Of a DNA stretch of 64,000 bases, positions 47,865 to 59,108 are shown piece by piece. The position numbers and the translations under genes are program-made. The stretch's first letter is position 1, and each line of letters starts with the position of its first letter. The stretch is from Nitrosopumilus sp. (lineage in GTDB: Archaea; Thermoproteota; Nitrososphaeria; Nitrososphaerales; Nitrosopumilaceae): assembly GCA_965238275.1 (NCBI GenBank), contig OZ250186.1, positions 832,001-896,000 of the forward strand, given 5' to 3'. The notes below the pieces were generated by a model. It worked only from the letters and a program-made list of their open reading frames with translations. It ran no database searches and was not told where the DNA came from.

Positions 47865-49184
47865 TCAGACAGTCACTGTCTGACCGGCTTCTGGTGCGTG
47901 CGCATCAAGGCCGAACCTCTCGTGAATCTCTTGGGCAAAGGTATCGCACGACTCGGCATCGCCGTGAACCGTAAGAACCTTGGGGTTCCCCTTGACTCTG
48001 CCTATCATCTCAAAGAGCTCGTTCCTGTCTGCATGGCCTGAAAACTCAAACTGCCTCACCTCGGCTGTAACCTTGGACTCCTTGCCCCTGGTAACGACCT
48101 TGCCCGTCTCCAAAAGCCTTCTTCCCGGGGTGCCCTCGCCCTGGTATGATACCAGCGCTATCCCGTTCTTCTCGTTAAATGATAGATTCTGCAGGTACAG
48201 TACGGCGTTTCCGCCAACCAGCATCCCTGCCGGCGAGATGACTGCGCACGGCTCCTCCATTGCGCGCCTGCGCTCCTTCTGGCTCCTTACTGACGTGGCC
48301 CCGTTTATGGCATCCTCAAAGACATCGGGATCGCGCAGATACTCTGGATGCCTGAACATGATGTCGTTGACCTTGAGTGCCATCCCGTCCATGATTATCC
48401 TGTGCTTGAACCTCGCATTTCTCAGGATGCATGCGATCTCCTGGGATCTCTCCACTGAAAACGACGGGATGAATATGGTGCCGCCCCTCTCAGTCACCTC
48501 GTTTGCAAACTCGACAAGATCCCTTTCTGATTCGGCCCTTGGCTTCTGTGTGGTCTGCGAGTATGTGCTTTCCGTAATTAGCAGATCGATCTCCCCCACG
48601 TCCAGGTCAGCCTCGCGCAGCATCCTTGAACCGCTGGTCTTGATGTCCCCGGTATAAAACAGCTTCTTTCCGGCCGACTCCACAAGGACGGTGCTGCCGC
48701 CTATGACGTGTCCGGACTCCCTTAGCTCAAAGGTGGCATCCTTTATTGCCACCTTCTGCCTGAAGGCAGTCTCCTTGGCATGTCTCATCATGTTGTCAAG
48801 CTCTGGCAGTTCAAAGATGTGCTGTTTTTCAATCTTCAGCATGTCCTCTATGAGAAGTCTTGTAAGGTCAAGCGTGGGAGGTGTGGCGTAGACGTCCGTG
48901 CCTCCGCTCATAAAGAGGGATGGCACGTTGCCCGAGTGATCCAGATGTGCATGGGTAATTATCACCGCATCGACATCCTTGGGCTTTACATGCATGGGGT
49001 ATCCGGGAGGCGTTCCCCGTCTTCCAAACATGACGCCATAATCAAGCAGAAGGCTGGCCTGGTCGCATTCTACTAGAAATCCGGATCTGCCTACCTCGCC
49101 TGCCGCCCCAAGTACTTTGATATTCAAGGATTCTGATGAATCATCATCCATGTTAATACCTTCTGGAACAAATCCTGATGACAT
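47865..49184 (-). CDS. beta-CASP metallo-beta-lactamase ribonuclease
   Basis: LGAAGEVGRS, THAHLDHSG, GHVIG, YTGD, ESTY, FSGHAD, VHGD. Confidence 0.93.
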   Translation of the reverse strand: MSSGFVPEGINMDDDSSESLNIKVLGAAGEVGRSGFLVECDQASLLLDYGVMFGRRGTPPGYPMHVKPKDVDAVIITHAHLDHSGNVPSLFMSGGTDVYATPPTLDLTRLLIEDMLKIEKQHIFELPELDNMMRHAKETAFRQKVAIKDATFELRESGHVIGGSTVLVESAGKKLFYTGDIKTSGSRMLREADLDVGEIDLLITESTYSQTTQKPRAESERDLVEFANEVTERGGTIFIPSFSVERSQEIACILRNARFKHRIIMDGMALKVNDIMFRHPEYLRDPDVFEDAINGATSVRSQKERRRAMEEPCAVISPAGMLVGGNAVLYLQNLSFNEKNGIALVSYQGEGTPGRRLLETGKVVTRGKESKVTAEVRQFEFSGHADRNELFEMIGRVKGNPKVLTVHGDAESCDTFAQEIHERFGLDAHAPEAGQTVTV

Positions 49185-49241
49185 TATATGTCTGCTGGAA
49201 TCTTCAAAAGCTTTAATTAGTGCAAGCTAAGATTGATTTCC

Positions 49242-49454
49242 ATGGGAAGAAGTTACCAAGAATGGTTAAATCAGCAAGATCAGGGGCTTGTAGCCAAGAC
49301 CCGTGCAGGCGACGAGGCAAACAAGCCATTGCTAAACCAGATTAACTGGATTTGGGTTGCCAATCTTATGAATAAGAAAGCCGACCTGAACCCCTCTTCT
49401 GCAGAGCTCCTTGACTGGGTAACATCCGGTCAGATCGACGCAATGAGAAAATAA
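49242..49454 (+). CDS. small conserved hypothetical protein
   Basis: MGRSYQEWL...; TATA-like box upstream, T-tract downstream. Confidence 0.7.
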   Translation: MGRSYQEWLNQQDQGLVAKTRAGDEANKPLLNQINWIWVANLMNKKADLNPSSAELLDWVTSGQIDAMRK

Positions 49455-49663
49455 ATGTGTACACACACGGTTTTTTGTTTTTTAAGAGTTCCTAGCAGAC
49501 ACTCTGCATGCATTTCCAACGGAACCGGCATTTTCAGGCGTGCATCTGGCATGCCGTATTCATGATGCGGTCCTGCCGTAGCCGTCTGGCCAAGGCCATT
49601 TCATAACAGGGTTATGAATTTCGATCATAGTTTAAATATCAATCCCTCAGACGTAGTCTTGTA

Positions 49664-49966
49664 ATGCCAATAGCAATACTTCCAGACATTGACGAGCAGA
49701 GATGTATCGGATGCGCACTGTGCGTAGAGATCTGTACAACTCTTGGTCCAGATGTCCTTAGAGTAAAACCTGTTGAAGGCTGGAAGAGGGGTAAGGCATT
49801 TGTCTTTTATCCTGAGAGATGTATCTCTGATGGCGCATGCATAGGTGTATGCCCAACAAAGTCCATCTTTTGGATGAGGCCAATGAACTACACTGCTGGA
49901 CAACCAGTACCTCTTCACCAGAATGGTGTCTTCATCAAGGGTTGGGCAGAGGACGCAGCACCATAG
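49664..49966 (+). CDS. 2x[4Fe-4S] ferredoxin
   Basis: CIGCALCVEIC and CISDGACIGVCP. Confidence 0.92.
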   Translation: MPIAILPDIDEQRCIGCALCVEICTTLGPDVLRVKPVEGWKRGKAFVFYPERCISDGACIGVCPTKSIFWMRPMNYTAGQPVPLHQNGVFIKGWAEDAAP

Positions 49967-49987
49967 CAGCGTTCTTTTGCAACACTC

Positions 49988-50000
49988 TTTTTTCTTTTTT
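49988..50000 (+). terminator. archaeal oligo-T terminator candidate
   Basis: T-rich tract downstream of the ferredoxin, between convergent genes. Confidence 0.4.
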
Positions 50001-50002
50001 CG

Positions 50003-51511
50003 CTACAGTGGATTCTCTGCGCATCCGTCCGGAAGCGTCCCTGCGTAGTACCTTAGAAACTCGTCATCCTTGTCGTAGCGTACCTCTGAGAACCTGTTGT
50101 TTTCAAGGAAGATTCTCCACGTGTCTGCAAATGCCTGGCATTGCCCCGGGTCAAAGCGTATCCTGGCAGTCTCGTGGTGTGCGGCAGGGAATATGTCTGA
50201 TATCTCGATCGGGATCAGCCCCAGGACGGGGTTGTACTGGCACACCTGCACCGAGTCCAAATCGGGCACGTCCCTTCTGAGTCTGGCGTACTGCGGCGAG
50301 AGGTATCCTGGTTTTACCTCTGATTCCCTTGTGATTAGCAGTATGTTCTTTTTTGACCTGAACCTTCTGACCATCCCGTGGTATGATGCCACCTCGGGGC
50401 GGAACTGATCCTCTGGCCCATACAGGAATGCGGCCTTTTTCTTGAACCGGGGCGTGGCAGTACTTAGCAGATCGCAGTTTCCGGTGAGCACCTCCACTGC
50501 CTCAAAGAGTCTCGGGTGGGCCCTTGCCTTCTTCATGACATACTCCCAGAGTCTGCCTTCGTGGATTGCCTGTCTGGTTCTGTCGACTTCAAGGCCTATG
50601 GCGTACAGGTTGTGGACGGCAAGGCTGTCTGTCCTTGCACCGGCCTCAAGCCCGCGCAGCTCGGCAGGGGTGTGTCCTGTACAGATCCTGCACCCGCAGG
50701 GAAATACCGATATCTCGTCAAGGTTTCTGGTGCCGTCCTCTGTGATGTATCTATTCTGTCTGGCATAGAGGATGTATGATGCCGAGTCAAACGTGTCGCA
50801 TCCCAGTGCAACTGCAAGCGGTATGGTAAGGGGGTGTCCGGCTCCGAAGAGGTGCAGGGGTATGGAGTGCGGCATGTTTCTTTTTGCCGCCACTATCATC
50901 TGGGCTAAGAGTTTGTACTGGTATGACTCCATGAACTCTACCGGGCTTCCAAGGGCCAGCATCTGAAAGCCGGCGCGTACAAGGCCTCTGGTTGATCCTG
51001 CCACAAGATCAAAATGCTCGCCGCCCTGGATGGGGCCGACCCATATCTGGCCGTTGTCTGCACTGTCCTTGAGGGTTTGTTTTGAGACCCTCAGGGTGTG
51101 TCTTACGTACGACTCTGCCTTTTTGAGCGGGAGTCCGAATCCGGTGGGCCGGTCAAGCGGAATTGCAATGTCCGTCATGATCTCCCTTTCAAACTCTGCC
51201 ATCTCCGATGGCTTGACGCTGAGATCGCCGTACTCCAGAACCTGGTATCCTCCGGAATCTGTCATGACTGAGCCGTCAAAGTCCGTTATGTCGTGGATTC
51301 CCCTCTTTATGGCCTCGTCCCCGAACCTGTTTCTGGTGATGTATGCGTTGGTGATTATCAGGTCAAAGCCCATCTTTTTGATCTCTTTGGTCGGGATGGT
51401 CTGCTTGACGGGGTGGACTACCGGAACGTATGCAGGCGTCATGATCTTTCCATGGTTTGTCTGGATGGCGCCTATCCTTCCTGCCAGATCCGTCTTGTAT
51501 ATCTCAAACAA
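50003..51511 (-). CDS. tgtA: archaeosine tRNA-guanine transglycosylase
   Basis: DLAGRIG, MTDSGGYQ, HLFGAGHP, DTFDSASY, CGCRIC..H, EGRLWE. Confidence 0.95.
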   Translation of the reverse strand: MFEIYKTDLAGRIGAIQTNHGKIMTPAYVPVVHPVKQTIPTKEIKKMGFDLIITNAYITRNRFGDEAIKRGIHDITDFDGSVMTDSGGYQVLEYGDLSVKPSEMAEFEREIMTDIAIPLDRPTGFGLPLKKAESYVRHTLRVSKQTLKDSADNGQIWVGPIQGGEHFDLVAGSTRGLVRAGFQMLALGSPVEFMESYQYKLLAQMIVAAKRNMPHSIPLHLFGAGHPLTIPLAVALGCDTFDSASYILYARQNRYITEDGTRNLDEISVFPCGCRICTGHTPAELRGLEAGARTDSLAVHNLYAIGLEVDRTRQAIHEGRLWEYVMKKARAHPRLFEAVEVLTGNCDLLSTATPRFKKKAAFLYGPEDQFRPEVASYHGMVRRFRSKKNILLITRESEVKPGYLSPQYARLRRDVPDLDSVQVCQYNPVLGLIPIEISDIFPAAHHETARIRFDPGQCQAFADTWRIFLENNRFSEVRYDKDDEFLRYYAGTLPDGCAENPL

Positions 51512-51688
51512 GCAACATCACACCATGCTGCCGGGTATTTAACATGTGAGCGGGAAATCCCACACCATTTATGGGTGGGATGAAAGCGAACAATGCAACT
51601 GCCACGCATGTTATATTCTATAGTGAAAAGCGAAAGTTCGTGCAATTTTTTGGGCACCTTTTTAAGAAAATAAATCCCAACTACAGGT

Positions 51689-52516
51689 ATGATTGTCAGT
51701 AAAATCATCAAGATAACACAATCTCGGGAACTGTCACGCAAGATCGTGAAATGCTCCCGGGAAACAGACATCATTTACGACATGACAATCATGATGAAAC
51801 TTGCACATCCCGGGATCACACAGTTTGACATCAACAACCTGATAACAGGATGGCGCAGGGAATTCAACCTGGCCAGCAGCGTCCGCATGCATGAGGCCGC
51901 CTCAAAACAGGCTTTCCAGGCGGCAGTCAAATTCCGCAAGGCAAACCGGCTCAAGCACAACAAGCGCATCTGGCGCAAGAAACAGATCAAGCTGGGGAAA
52001 AAGAAGACGTACAAGCACAATCGGTGGACCGAGCCGTCCAGCCTGATGAGGCGCGGCAGGAAAACAACCAGGCTGCGCTCGCTGAATTCACGCGGAAAGC
52101 CAAAACTGCGAGACAGTGGAGCCGTATTTCTGCCCGGACTCGGGGAAGCAAGGCCACGCACGAAGGTTCCAGAAGGCAGGCTCGTGTCATTCCAGATGAT
52201 TGACACCACGGGCAAGGTCACGCGCAAGACCAAGGATGGTGATCGCGAATTCAAACTGCATTTGCAGATAGAAGTCCCAGACCCCGAACCCGCGACAGGC
52301 GGTGGTGGCGGCGGATGCAAGGCAGGGCTAGATCTTGGAGTCAGGCACCTTGCGGCAGTCGCAGACGAGCATGGGAACGAAAGGCTGTACGACGTCCCCG
52401 GAGGCTGCAAGAGGCATGACGGCGACAGAATTGATCAGCTGAAATCACTTAGATCAAGATGCCAGGCAGGCTCCAGAAGATGGAAAGAGATCGGCCGCAA
52501 GGTAACGCATGAATTG
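51689..52516 (+). pseudogene. tnpB: tnpB 5' part (RuvC-I), interrupted by IS
   Basis: AGLDLGVRHLAA RuvC-I; GSRRW..; joins in frame with 58388 across the 9-bp TSD. Confidence 0.88.
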
Positions 52517-52936
52517 GGTTCTCCTGCATCATCGGTTGGTGACACAAAATCAGGATCTTCTCCAGATTCACTCGTCTGGTCTGCGCACCATTATGTCATC
52601 GCCGGAAATGACAAACTTTAGTTTGTCGGGATTGCCAAGCATTTCAAGTATCGGTTTTGGTATGTAGCTGTAGTTTGTCAGACGCTTCTCGTTTTTGATC
52701 ACAGAAACGGTAAATTCCTTGGCGTCTTTGGCCCACTGGGTCATGAATTTTTTTTAGCTGCCTGTTATTTAAGACTGGTAGAAAGATCTATGTAATAATA
52801 CCAATTGGTTTATTTATGAACAGGGCAAAACGCGCCAAAACGGCGGCAAGGCAGGGACAGGTGATCAGCAACGACCCAAAGCAGGTGAGGATGACAAGTC
52901 TCAGACGATGGAATGTGGCATCGCAGTCTATTCCAG

Positions 52937-55672
52937 AGACATAATCCGTAATTAGAAATTGTGCATATTTTCCTATATTGTGTAGGTTTTTTGACTCCTA
53001 CCCGATTGCTTCCCGGACTAGGAGAACCCTGAGGTTGGCAAATCCGCAAACGATGTCATTGATGGTGTCATATTTTTTCAGGCGGTTTCGGTAGACACCG
53101 CCCATTATGCGAAACCGTTTGACCCTGCGGATGGCGTGCTCCACATACACCCGTACCTTTGAGTGTTTTTTGTTGAATTCCTTCTGCTCGGGGGACAATT
53201 CTGCACCTTTTTGCTTCTTGTACGGCACTACGGCATCCCGGTCAGGAAACTCCTTGTTGATCCCCTGGTATCCGCCATCCAGGATCTCTCTGACCTTGAT
53301 CCTTTTCTTGTCCTTGCTCCCGTCCTTGCGTGGAAGGTTGTCAGGGAATGTCGGGTGTTTCTTTTTGAATACTGCAAAGTCGTGGATCCTGCCCGGGGAA
53401 TGCCGGGTCTTGTGAAGGATGAGGCCGTCCGTGGCCGATGTGTACTGGACCTTGGACGTGTGCCTGTGTGCCTTGCCCGAGTAGTGGGACCGTTCCATGT
53501 CCTTGCGCCCGGGACGTTGTATCTGCTGCTCGGAGGCATCAATCAGGGCAGTCAGGCCCGGAATGATCTCCTCAAGATCGTCAAGCGTCTTGGTGGCCTT
53601 GATGCTGGCGTAGATCTTTGACGGAAGCGGAACGCACTGCCGGATCGACGGCTCCAGTGCCCCCATGCTGCGGGACACGCTAGCCTGGCCCACCTGAAAC
53701 ACCATGGCAAGAAGATCCTGTGTGGCGTATGTCCTGTAATAAAACAGGACCAGAAGAAACCTGTTTTTGTAACTGTGTAGTTTTTTGATCAAATGGTGAA
53801 TTCCATGCCTACAAAAAACTATGTATTTTTTTTAACATGGAACCAGATTCTCGCGCAGGACCGTGCAAAAATCATCTCCCCTTGCCTTGCATGTCTGCTT
53901 GATGCTCATCAGCACGGCAATCGCGTCTGCGCCCTTCTTTGACCTGCTCCCGTTGCTGTTCTTGCGAAGAATGACGTACGGCCTGATGGCCCGCTCTGCC
54001 CGGTTGTTGTGGTATTCGACATCGTCTGTCTCCAGAAACGCAAACAGGTGATCCCTTTCCCGCACCAGCCTCTTGCGCATCCTGTTGCAGTGCTTGCAGT
54101 CGCGGTCCTTCTCGAGCCTGCCTATCAGGAACGCGATGCGACGGTCCAGCCTCTTCTTTGTGGCAAGCGCGTCTGCTCCTCCCGGAATGGCACCGTCGAC
54201 GTGCGAGTCCCACAGTATGCTGCGCAGCGTCCTTGCGTGCCGCCGGTAGTCCTGGCCGGGATTTTTGTATCTCAGGGTGTCCTTGATGTCCCGGGCGTAA
54301 TGCAGGTGGCACTTTTGGTGCATGGTTCCTATGACGTTCCACGCTCCCCACGAGTCAGACGTCACGCATCCCGAATAGTCCTTGCCAAGCATCTTTTTTG
54401 GAACCTTCGAGTTCCTGCGGCGGTGTACCTCGTAGATTACGGCGTACTTTGTTACCACCGCCCACAGCCAATAGTTGGTGCCGTTGACGCGCCAGACAGA
54501 CTCGTCCCCATTTATCGCAGGCGAGCGCCTCACCTCCTCCTTGATCTTCTCGTACAGCGGCCCAAGCTCCCGTGCCATCCTGCACACCATGCGGTTTATG
54601 GCAGATTCGGTGATCCTTGCAGAGTACGTTAGCAGGACAATCTGGCATATCCTGAGGTCTGACATGCCGTGCAGCCTGAGGATGACCATCATTATCATAA
54701 AGTTGATCCCGTACCTGGAGTTTGGCAGTGCCAGCGGGGTCCTGCCGGACACGGTCTTCTTGCAGTTCCTGCAGCGCCTTCTCTTTACTGTCACCTTGAT
54801 GTGCTCTAGTTCCAACTGGCAGCCTCCCTTACGACCTTTGTGTACGTGGATACGCACTCGGAGAGGTCGGAGCTGCCGCAGTTGTCGCACGTGTGGGGAT
54901 CTGCCGTCTCCTCCGCGTCTATTCTTTCAGGACGCCTGAGGCCGGTACGTCTGTGGTCGCTTGACTTGCCCTTGGCCTTTGTGCGGCGTCTGGCACCGCC
55001 GGTCTTTTTGTCAGGTTTTGCGCCGATGCTCCTTGCAACGGCAGCCGATATGACGCCCTTTGCTTCCTGCAACTCTGCCGTGAGGTGGCTGTCGGAAGTA
55101 AAGATCAGCGAGATTGGCCAGCTGACGGTCTGGCCAGCTGCCCTGCCATCATCTCCACTTTTTCCTCCAGTTCTGCAATCCTTGACTCGGAATTATCATC
55201 AGGCATAATGCAAACCCTGATGATCTAAAAATTAATAAATCAAGGATTAAAAATAGTTTCAAAAAAAACTACACAGACGTTTGTAGGCATGGAATTCAAC
55301 GTTTGATCAAAAAAACACAGTTACCTGTTTTTCAGATCCAGTTTCCACCTGCGTCCGGCACCAATGCCGCGCACCCTGCTTCTTTTGGAGAGTCGCTTTT
55401 GCTCTGCCCTGGGGTATTTTTTTGCCAGCCGCCCTGCCACCAAATTAAATTCGGAGACTGTCAGTCCAGTGCACCGGATGAACAGTTTGGGCTTTTTTGC
55501 TAATTTGTCGTATAATGACATGCTTTGACATGGGCAATCAGAATAAAACACGGCTGACGTATAGTTTTGATCATCGGGTAAGTTCGAATTGACATGCAAT
55601 TCCGTGCAATCAACCGGATTTGTCCTGCAATGCGTCCAATCGTGTGGTTATACCCAATTACGGATTATGTCT
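52937..55672 (-). mobile_element. IS5/IS4-like (DDE_Tnp_4, ISL2-type) element interrupted by IS66
   Basis: 17-bp TIR AGACATAATCCGTAATT; 3-bp TSD CAG; transposase 55521-55325 plus 53760-52998 rejoins to 319 aa (LIDASEQ, YSGK, LDGGYQG, VEHAI). Confidence 0.88.
53769..55324 (-). mobile_element. IS66-family element (single ORF, ISBst12-like), frameshifted transposase
   Basis: GTAA-starting imperfect TIRs of about 48 bp; 8-bp TSD CTGTTTTT; NGDES, TSD, HQKCHLH, NNRAERAIRP. Confidence 0.9.
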
Positions 55673-56676
55673 CAGGACTGTGGTATCTGGTGATTCTTGG
55701 CTCTGCCGGGTTTGTATGCGCGTGCCAGCATTACGTCAATTGTGACGGCCTGTGCAAGCACGTGCGGGCAGTGGACGTGTTGCTTGGCCGGATGTGGGAC
55801 CGGTGCAGGAACCAAAATACAATTGTCATTAGCATGCCTCAGACTGCATGCCACCATTGCAAGTCGACTGTGTTTGCACGCAACGGGCACCGACACAACG
55901 CGTACGGGCCGATCCGGCGGTACCGGTGTAAGCCGCGCGGCCGGACATTCTCCGGACGGCCGGGCTTCAAGAAGCGCCATGCCGGCCCAGAGGCGATATC
56001 CCGGGCACTCAGGGAGGCAGCGTACGGGCTGTCCTGCGCTGCGGTGCAGGCAGTGATGGCACAGGACGGAACAACCGTGCATTCAAGCACGATATACAGG
56101 TGGACTGCGCATTATTCGGCGCTGATGGGTGAATATTCAAGGCGGCTGCAGCCGCGCACGGGCTACAAGTGGCACTGTGACGAGATACATTTCAAGGTTC
56201 GCGCGCAGGCGCGGTGGCTTTTTGCCGTCATGGACGGCGCCAGCAGGTTCATACTGTCCCATGACGTGTCTGAGACAAAACTCAACTACAGACCCGCCCC
56301 CCTGTTTGCAGCCGCAAGGAATCTGGCCGGAACCACCCCGTGGGTGCTGGTAACAGACGGCCTGCAGGCGTTTTGTCCTGCCGCCCGCAGGGCGTTTTGG
56401 AGACGCAACGGCTTCAGGCTGATCCACGTCCGGGAGATTCACCTGAAGAACCGCTTCAGTCATAACAACAAGCACGAGAGGCTTAACGGTGAATTCAAGG
56501 ATCGCATCAAGACCGCCCGCGAGTTCGGGACAGAAAGTCCCGCGCTTGTGCGGCTGATGATCGTCCACCACAACTTTTTCCGCCCCCATGGCGGCATTGG
56601 CAAAATTACACCCGCAGAGGCCGCAGGGATCGTCATATCTGGAACGGACAAGCAGATCACCCTCATCAGTAATGCA

Positions 56677-58101
56677 TAGTAGGGGCCAGAGCAATCCGAT
56701 CACCGTGGGTCATTAATTCCACAAATTACCATGTCTCATGGGATAATCTACCCGTCATTACTACAGTCAGATTGCCGCCGAGATACATTCAGATCACAGG
56801 CACACGCCCACGTGCTTATGATGATTGCAGCCGACGGAAAGCAAGGCGTTGCCGAATCAGTCCATCACGCAAAGGCAAGTTCAGTACCGGATTCCAGGCA
56901 AAAGAAGCTCGAGGTTGGATCCCGGTTCATGCCGAACGTGAGCAAAAAGAAGCTGGTGCGGGCGTGCGCAAAAGAGAAGAACAAGCTGGCCAAGATCAGG
57001 CTGCTTGCGTGCATCCTGAGAAAACGGGGACGCAGCATCCGGAATATATGCAAGGAACTGGTCATGCCGTATTCCACAGTGCGCGACTGGCTGGTGCGGA
57101 TGCAGGGACGGGGGTTGAAAGCCCGGTTCAACCGAACGCGCGGGGGCAGGAAAAGCAAGATGCCCAAATCATTTTCCAGGACGGTTAGGGTGTGGCTTGG
57201 CAACAAGCCGAAAAAGTACGGATTCGAGTCAGGCTCCTGGCAGCTCAACTTGATACTGGAGATGATCCGGCGGACGTTTGGACTGGATTGCTGCAAGGCG
57301 CGCACGTTGCGAAGGATGCTCAAAAAGATCGGGTTCTCTTACAGAAAAACCCGGCCCGTTCCGCCCAAATCCGCCTCCAAAAGCGAGCAAGAGGAGTTCA
57401 AGGCAAGGGCCGGCAGGAAGGCGGGGGATCTGGCCAATGAAGGGTATGCCGTGTTCGTCGAAGACGAGGCTGCAGTCGGCATGTCACAGGAACCGGGCTA
57501 CGGGTGGAGGCCCACGGGAGGACGCGACGAGATCCAGACTGGGTTCTCGAAAAAGGCCGTCAGCCTGCTTGGCATCATGGGCACAGACACCCTCTACGTC
57601 CGCATGGCGGATTCTGCAAACTCGGAGACGTTCAAGGAATTCCTCGAGGATGTCCGCAAGAGCCATCCGAAATTCTACATGGTCCTGGACAACGCGTCGT
57701 ACCACAAGTCGCACAAGGTCAGAGAATACGTGGCCGGCACTGGCGGTGACGTCGAGCTGGAATTTCTCCCGCCCCGCACGCCGCAGCTGAACCAGATCGA
57801 AAACGTCTGGAGGGATCTCAAGAGACGGCTGGCAGGCCGGTACTTTGAGTCACCGGAGGAGCTAAAGGCGGCAATAGCGATAATCCTTGAAAAAGAGATG
57901 GGCAACCGACTTGTGGGTTATCTGGTAAATTAGCCACATTAGTGTGAAAATTTATTCTGGCGTGTGGAATAATACGAATCTTTGTTTGCCTGTCGCCTGA
58001 TTTCTGTGCAAGCCGTGGTTTCAACCACGCCAGGTTTGACGAGATGCAGGATTGTATGAATAATTTAGCCAAAGGTGAGCGGATTGTTCTGGCCAATACT
58101 A
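56677..58101 (+). mobile_element. IS630-family element
   Basis: About 30-bp imperfect TIRs TAGTA..GGCCAGA.CAATCCG; flanked by TGCA on both sides. Confidence 0.88.
56929..57933 (+). CDS. IS630 transposase (intact)
   Basis: HTH; VEDEA, VLDNASYH, FLPPRTPQLNQIENVW; start uncertain. Confidence 0.9.
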   Translation: MPNVSKKKLVRACAKEKNKLAKIRLLACILRKRGRSIRNICKELVMPYSTVRDWLVRMQGRGLKARFNRTRGGRKSKMPKSFSRTVRVWLGNKPKKYGFESGSWQLNLILEMIRRTFGLDCCKARTLRRMLKKIGFSYRKTRPVPPKSASKSEQEEFKARAGRKAGDLANEGYAVFVEDEAAVGMSQEPGYGWRPTGGRDEIQTGFSKKAVSLLGIMGTDTLYVRMADSANSETFKEFLEDVRKSHPKFYMVLDNASYHKSHKVREYVAGTGGDVELEFLPPRTPQLNQIENVWRDLKRRLAGRYFESPEELKAAIAIILEKEMGNRLVGYLVN

Positions 58102-58387
58102 TGCAGCAGCTGCTGCAGCAGCAGCGTAGTCGCAGCAGCAGCAGCAGCAACGGCAGCTGTAGCAACGGCAGCGACACACGTAGCCCAGACTGGCCTTGGC
58201 GTGATGGATGTCCCATCAATGCATGTCATGGCAATGACTGGGATTATCCATCACAACTGGCAGATTCTCCCTAGAGGAATTATGATTTAATGGGGAATGG
58301 CATAACGGTGCGTAAAACAGCAAGTAAATCTGGAGAAGATCCTGAATTTGTGCCACCAACCGATGATGCAGGAGAACCCATGAATTG

Positions 58388-59017
58388 AAAAAGATATCAA
58401 ACAGGCAAAAACACAACGAGATCGACATTGCCAGGCGGATAACAAAAGGACTGTCCGTATTGTTCTTGGAAGATCTGGATTTGACCAAGATGAGGCGATC
58501 CTGCGGGGCGGCTTCAAAGACGGGGTTGAACCGCGAGATGGCCTATTCCAGAATGGGCGAGTTCAGGATCCAGCTTGAATGGCAGATGAAAAAGAAAGGC
58601 GGAATTTCAAGACGCGTGGAACACGCACATACAAGCCAGAGATGCGCTGCCTGCGGGGTAGTGGACAAAAAGTCCAGGAACGGCGAATCATTTGTCTGCA
58701 CCTCATGCGGATGGTGCCACCATGCCGACAAGAACGCGGCAAAAAACATTCTGGATAATAACTGTCCCCATACGGAGGAGACTGGCGGCCAAGCCCACGG
58801 GAATCGTGGAGGCACCATTGCAGGTGTCGAGGTCGTCACAAGGCGCGAGGATCACGGATCGGATAGTTCTGGAATGAACAATTCGACAGGTCGGCTTGGA
58901 TCCGACAACGACGACAATATTGGAAGGTCTGACAGAGCGCCGGAAAGAGCATCAGGACACGCTACAGAGAGATCTGTTTGCACGAATTTTCGCTCGCCGC
59001 TATACGCACACGTATAA
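58388..59017 (+). pseudogene. tnpB: tnpB 3' part (RuvC-II, Zn finger, RuvC-III)
   Basis: LEDL, TSQRCAACG...FVCTSCG..HADKNAAKNI. Confidence 0.9.
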
Positions 59018-59108
59018 CAAACATGTGTGGCTTTGTCTTGACCCACAACCATGGTCAAGCAGGCTCGTTGAACGAGGAAGCCAACGGCTTTAGTCGTTGG
59101 TAGTTCAC

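Larger units (their letters stand above)
52517..58378 (+). mobile_element. IS6-like element copy 3, carrying nested IS5, IS66 and IS630
   Basis: Both TIRs present; TSD CATGAATTG at 52508-52516 and 58379-58387; net length 1694 bp after subtracting inserts, same as copy 1. Confidence 0.93.
51543..59108 (+). mobile_element. IS200/IS605-family (IS1341-like, tnpB-only) element, about 1.7 kb once nested insertions are removed
   Basis: Left hairpin ATCCCAC...GTGGGAT (51557-51581) after TTTAA; right end GAAGCCAACGGCTTTAGTCGTTGGTAGTTCAC ends at 59108; left boundary inferred. Confidence 0.8.

Noticed and set aside
51689-59017. TnpB as a Cas12f-type effector
   Set aside because: No repeat-spacer array; flanked by IS200/IS605-type end hairpins.
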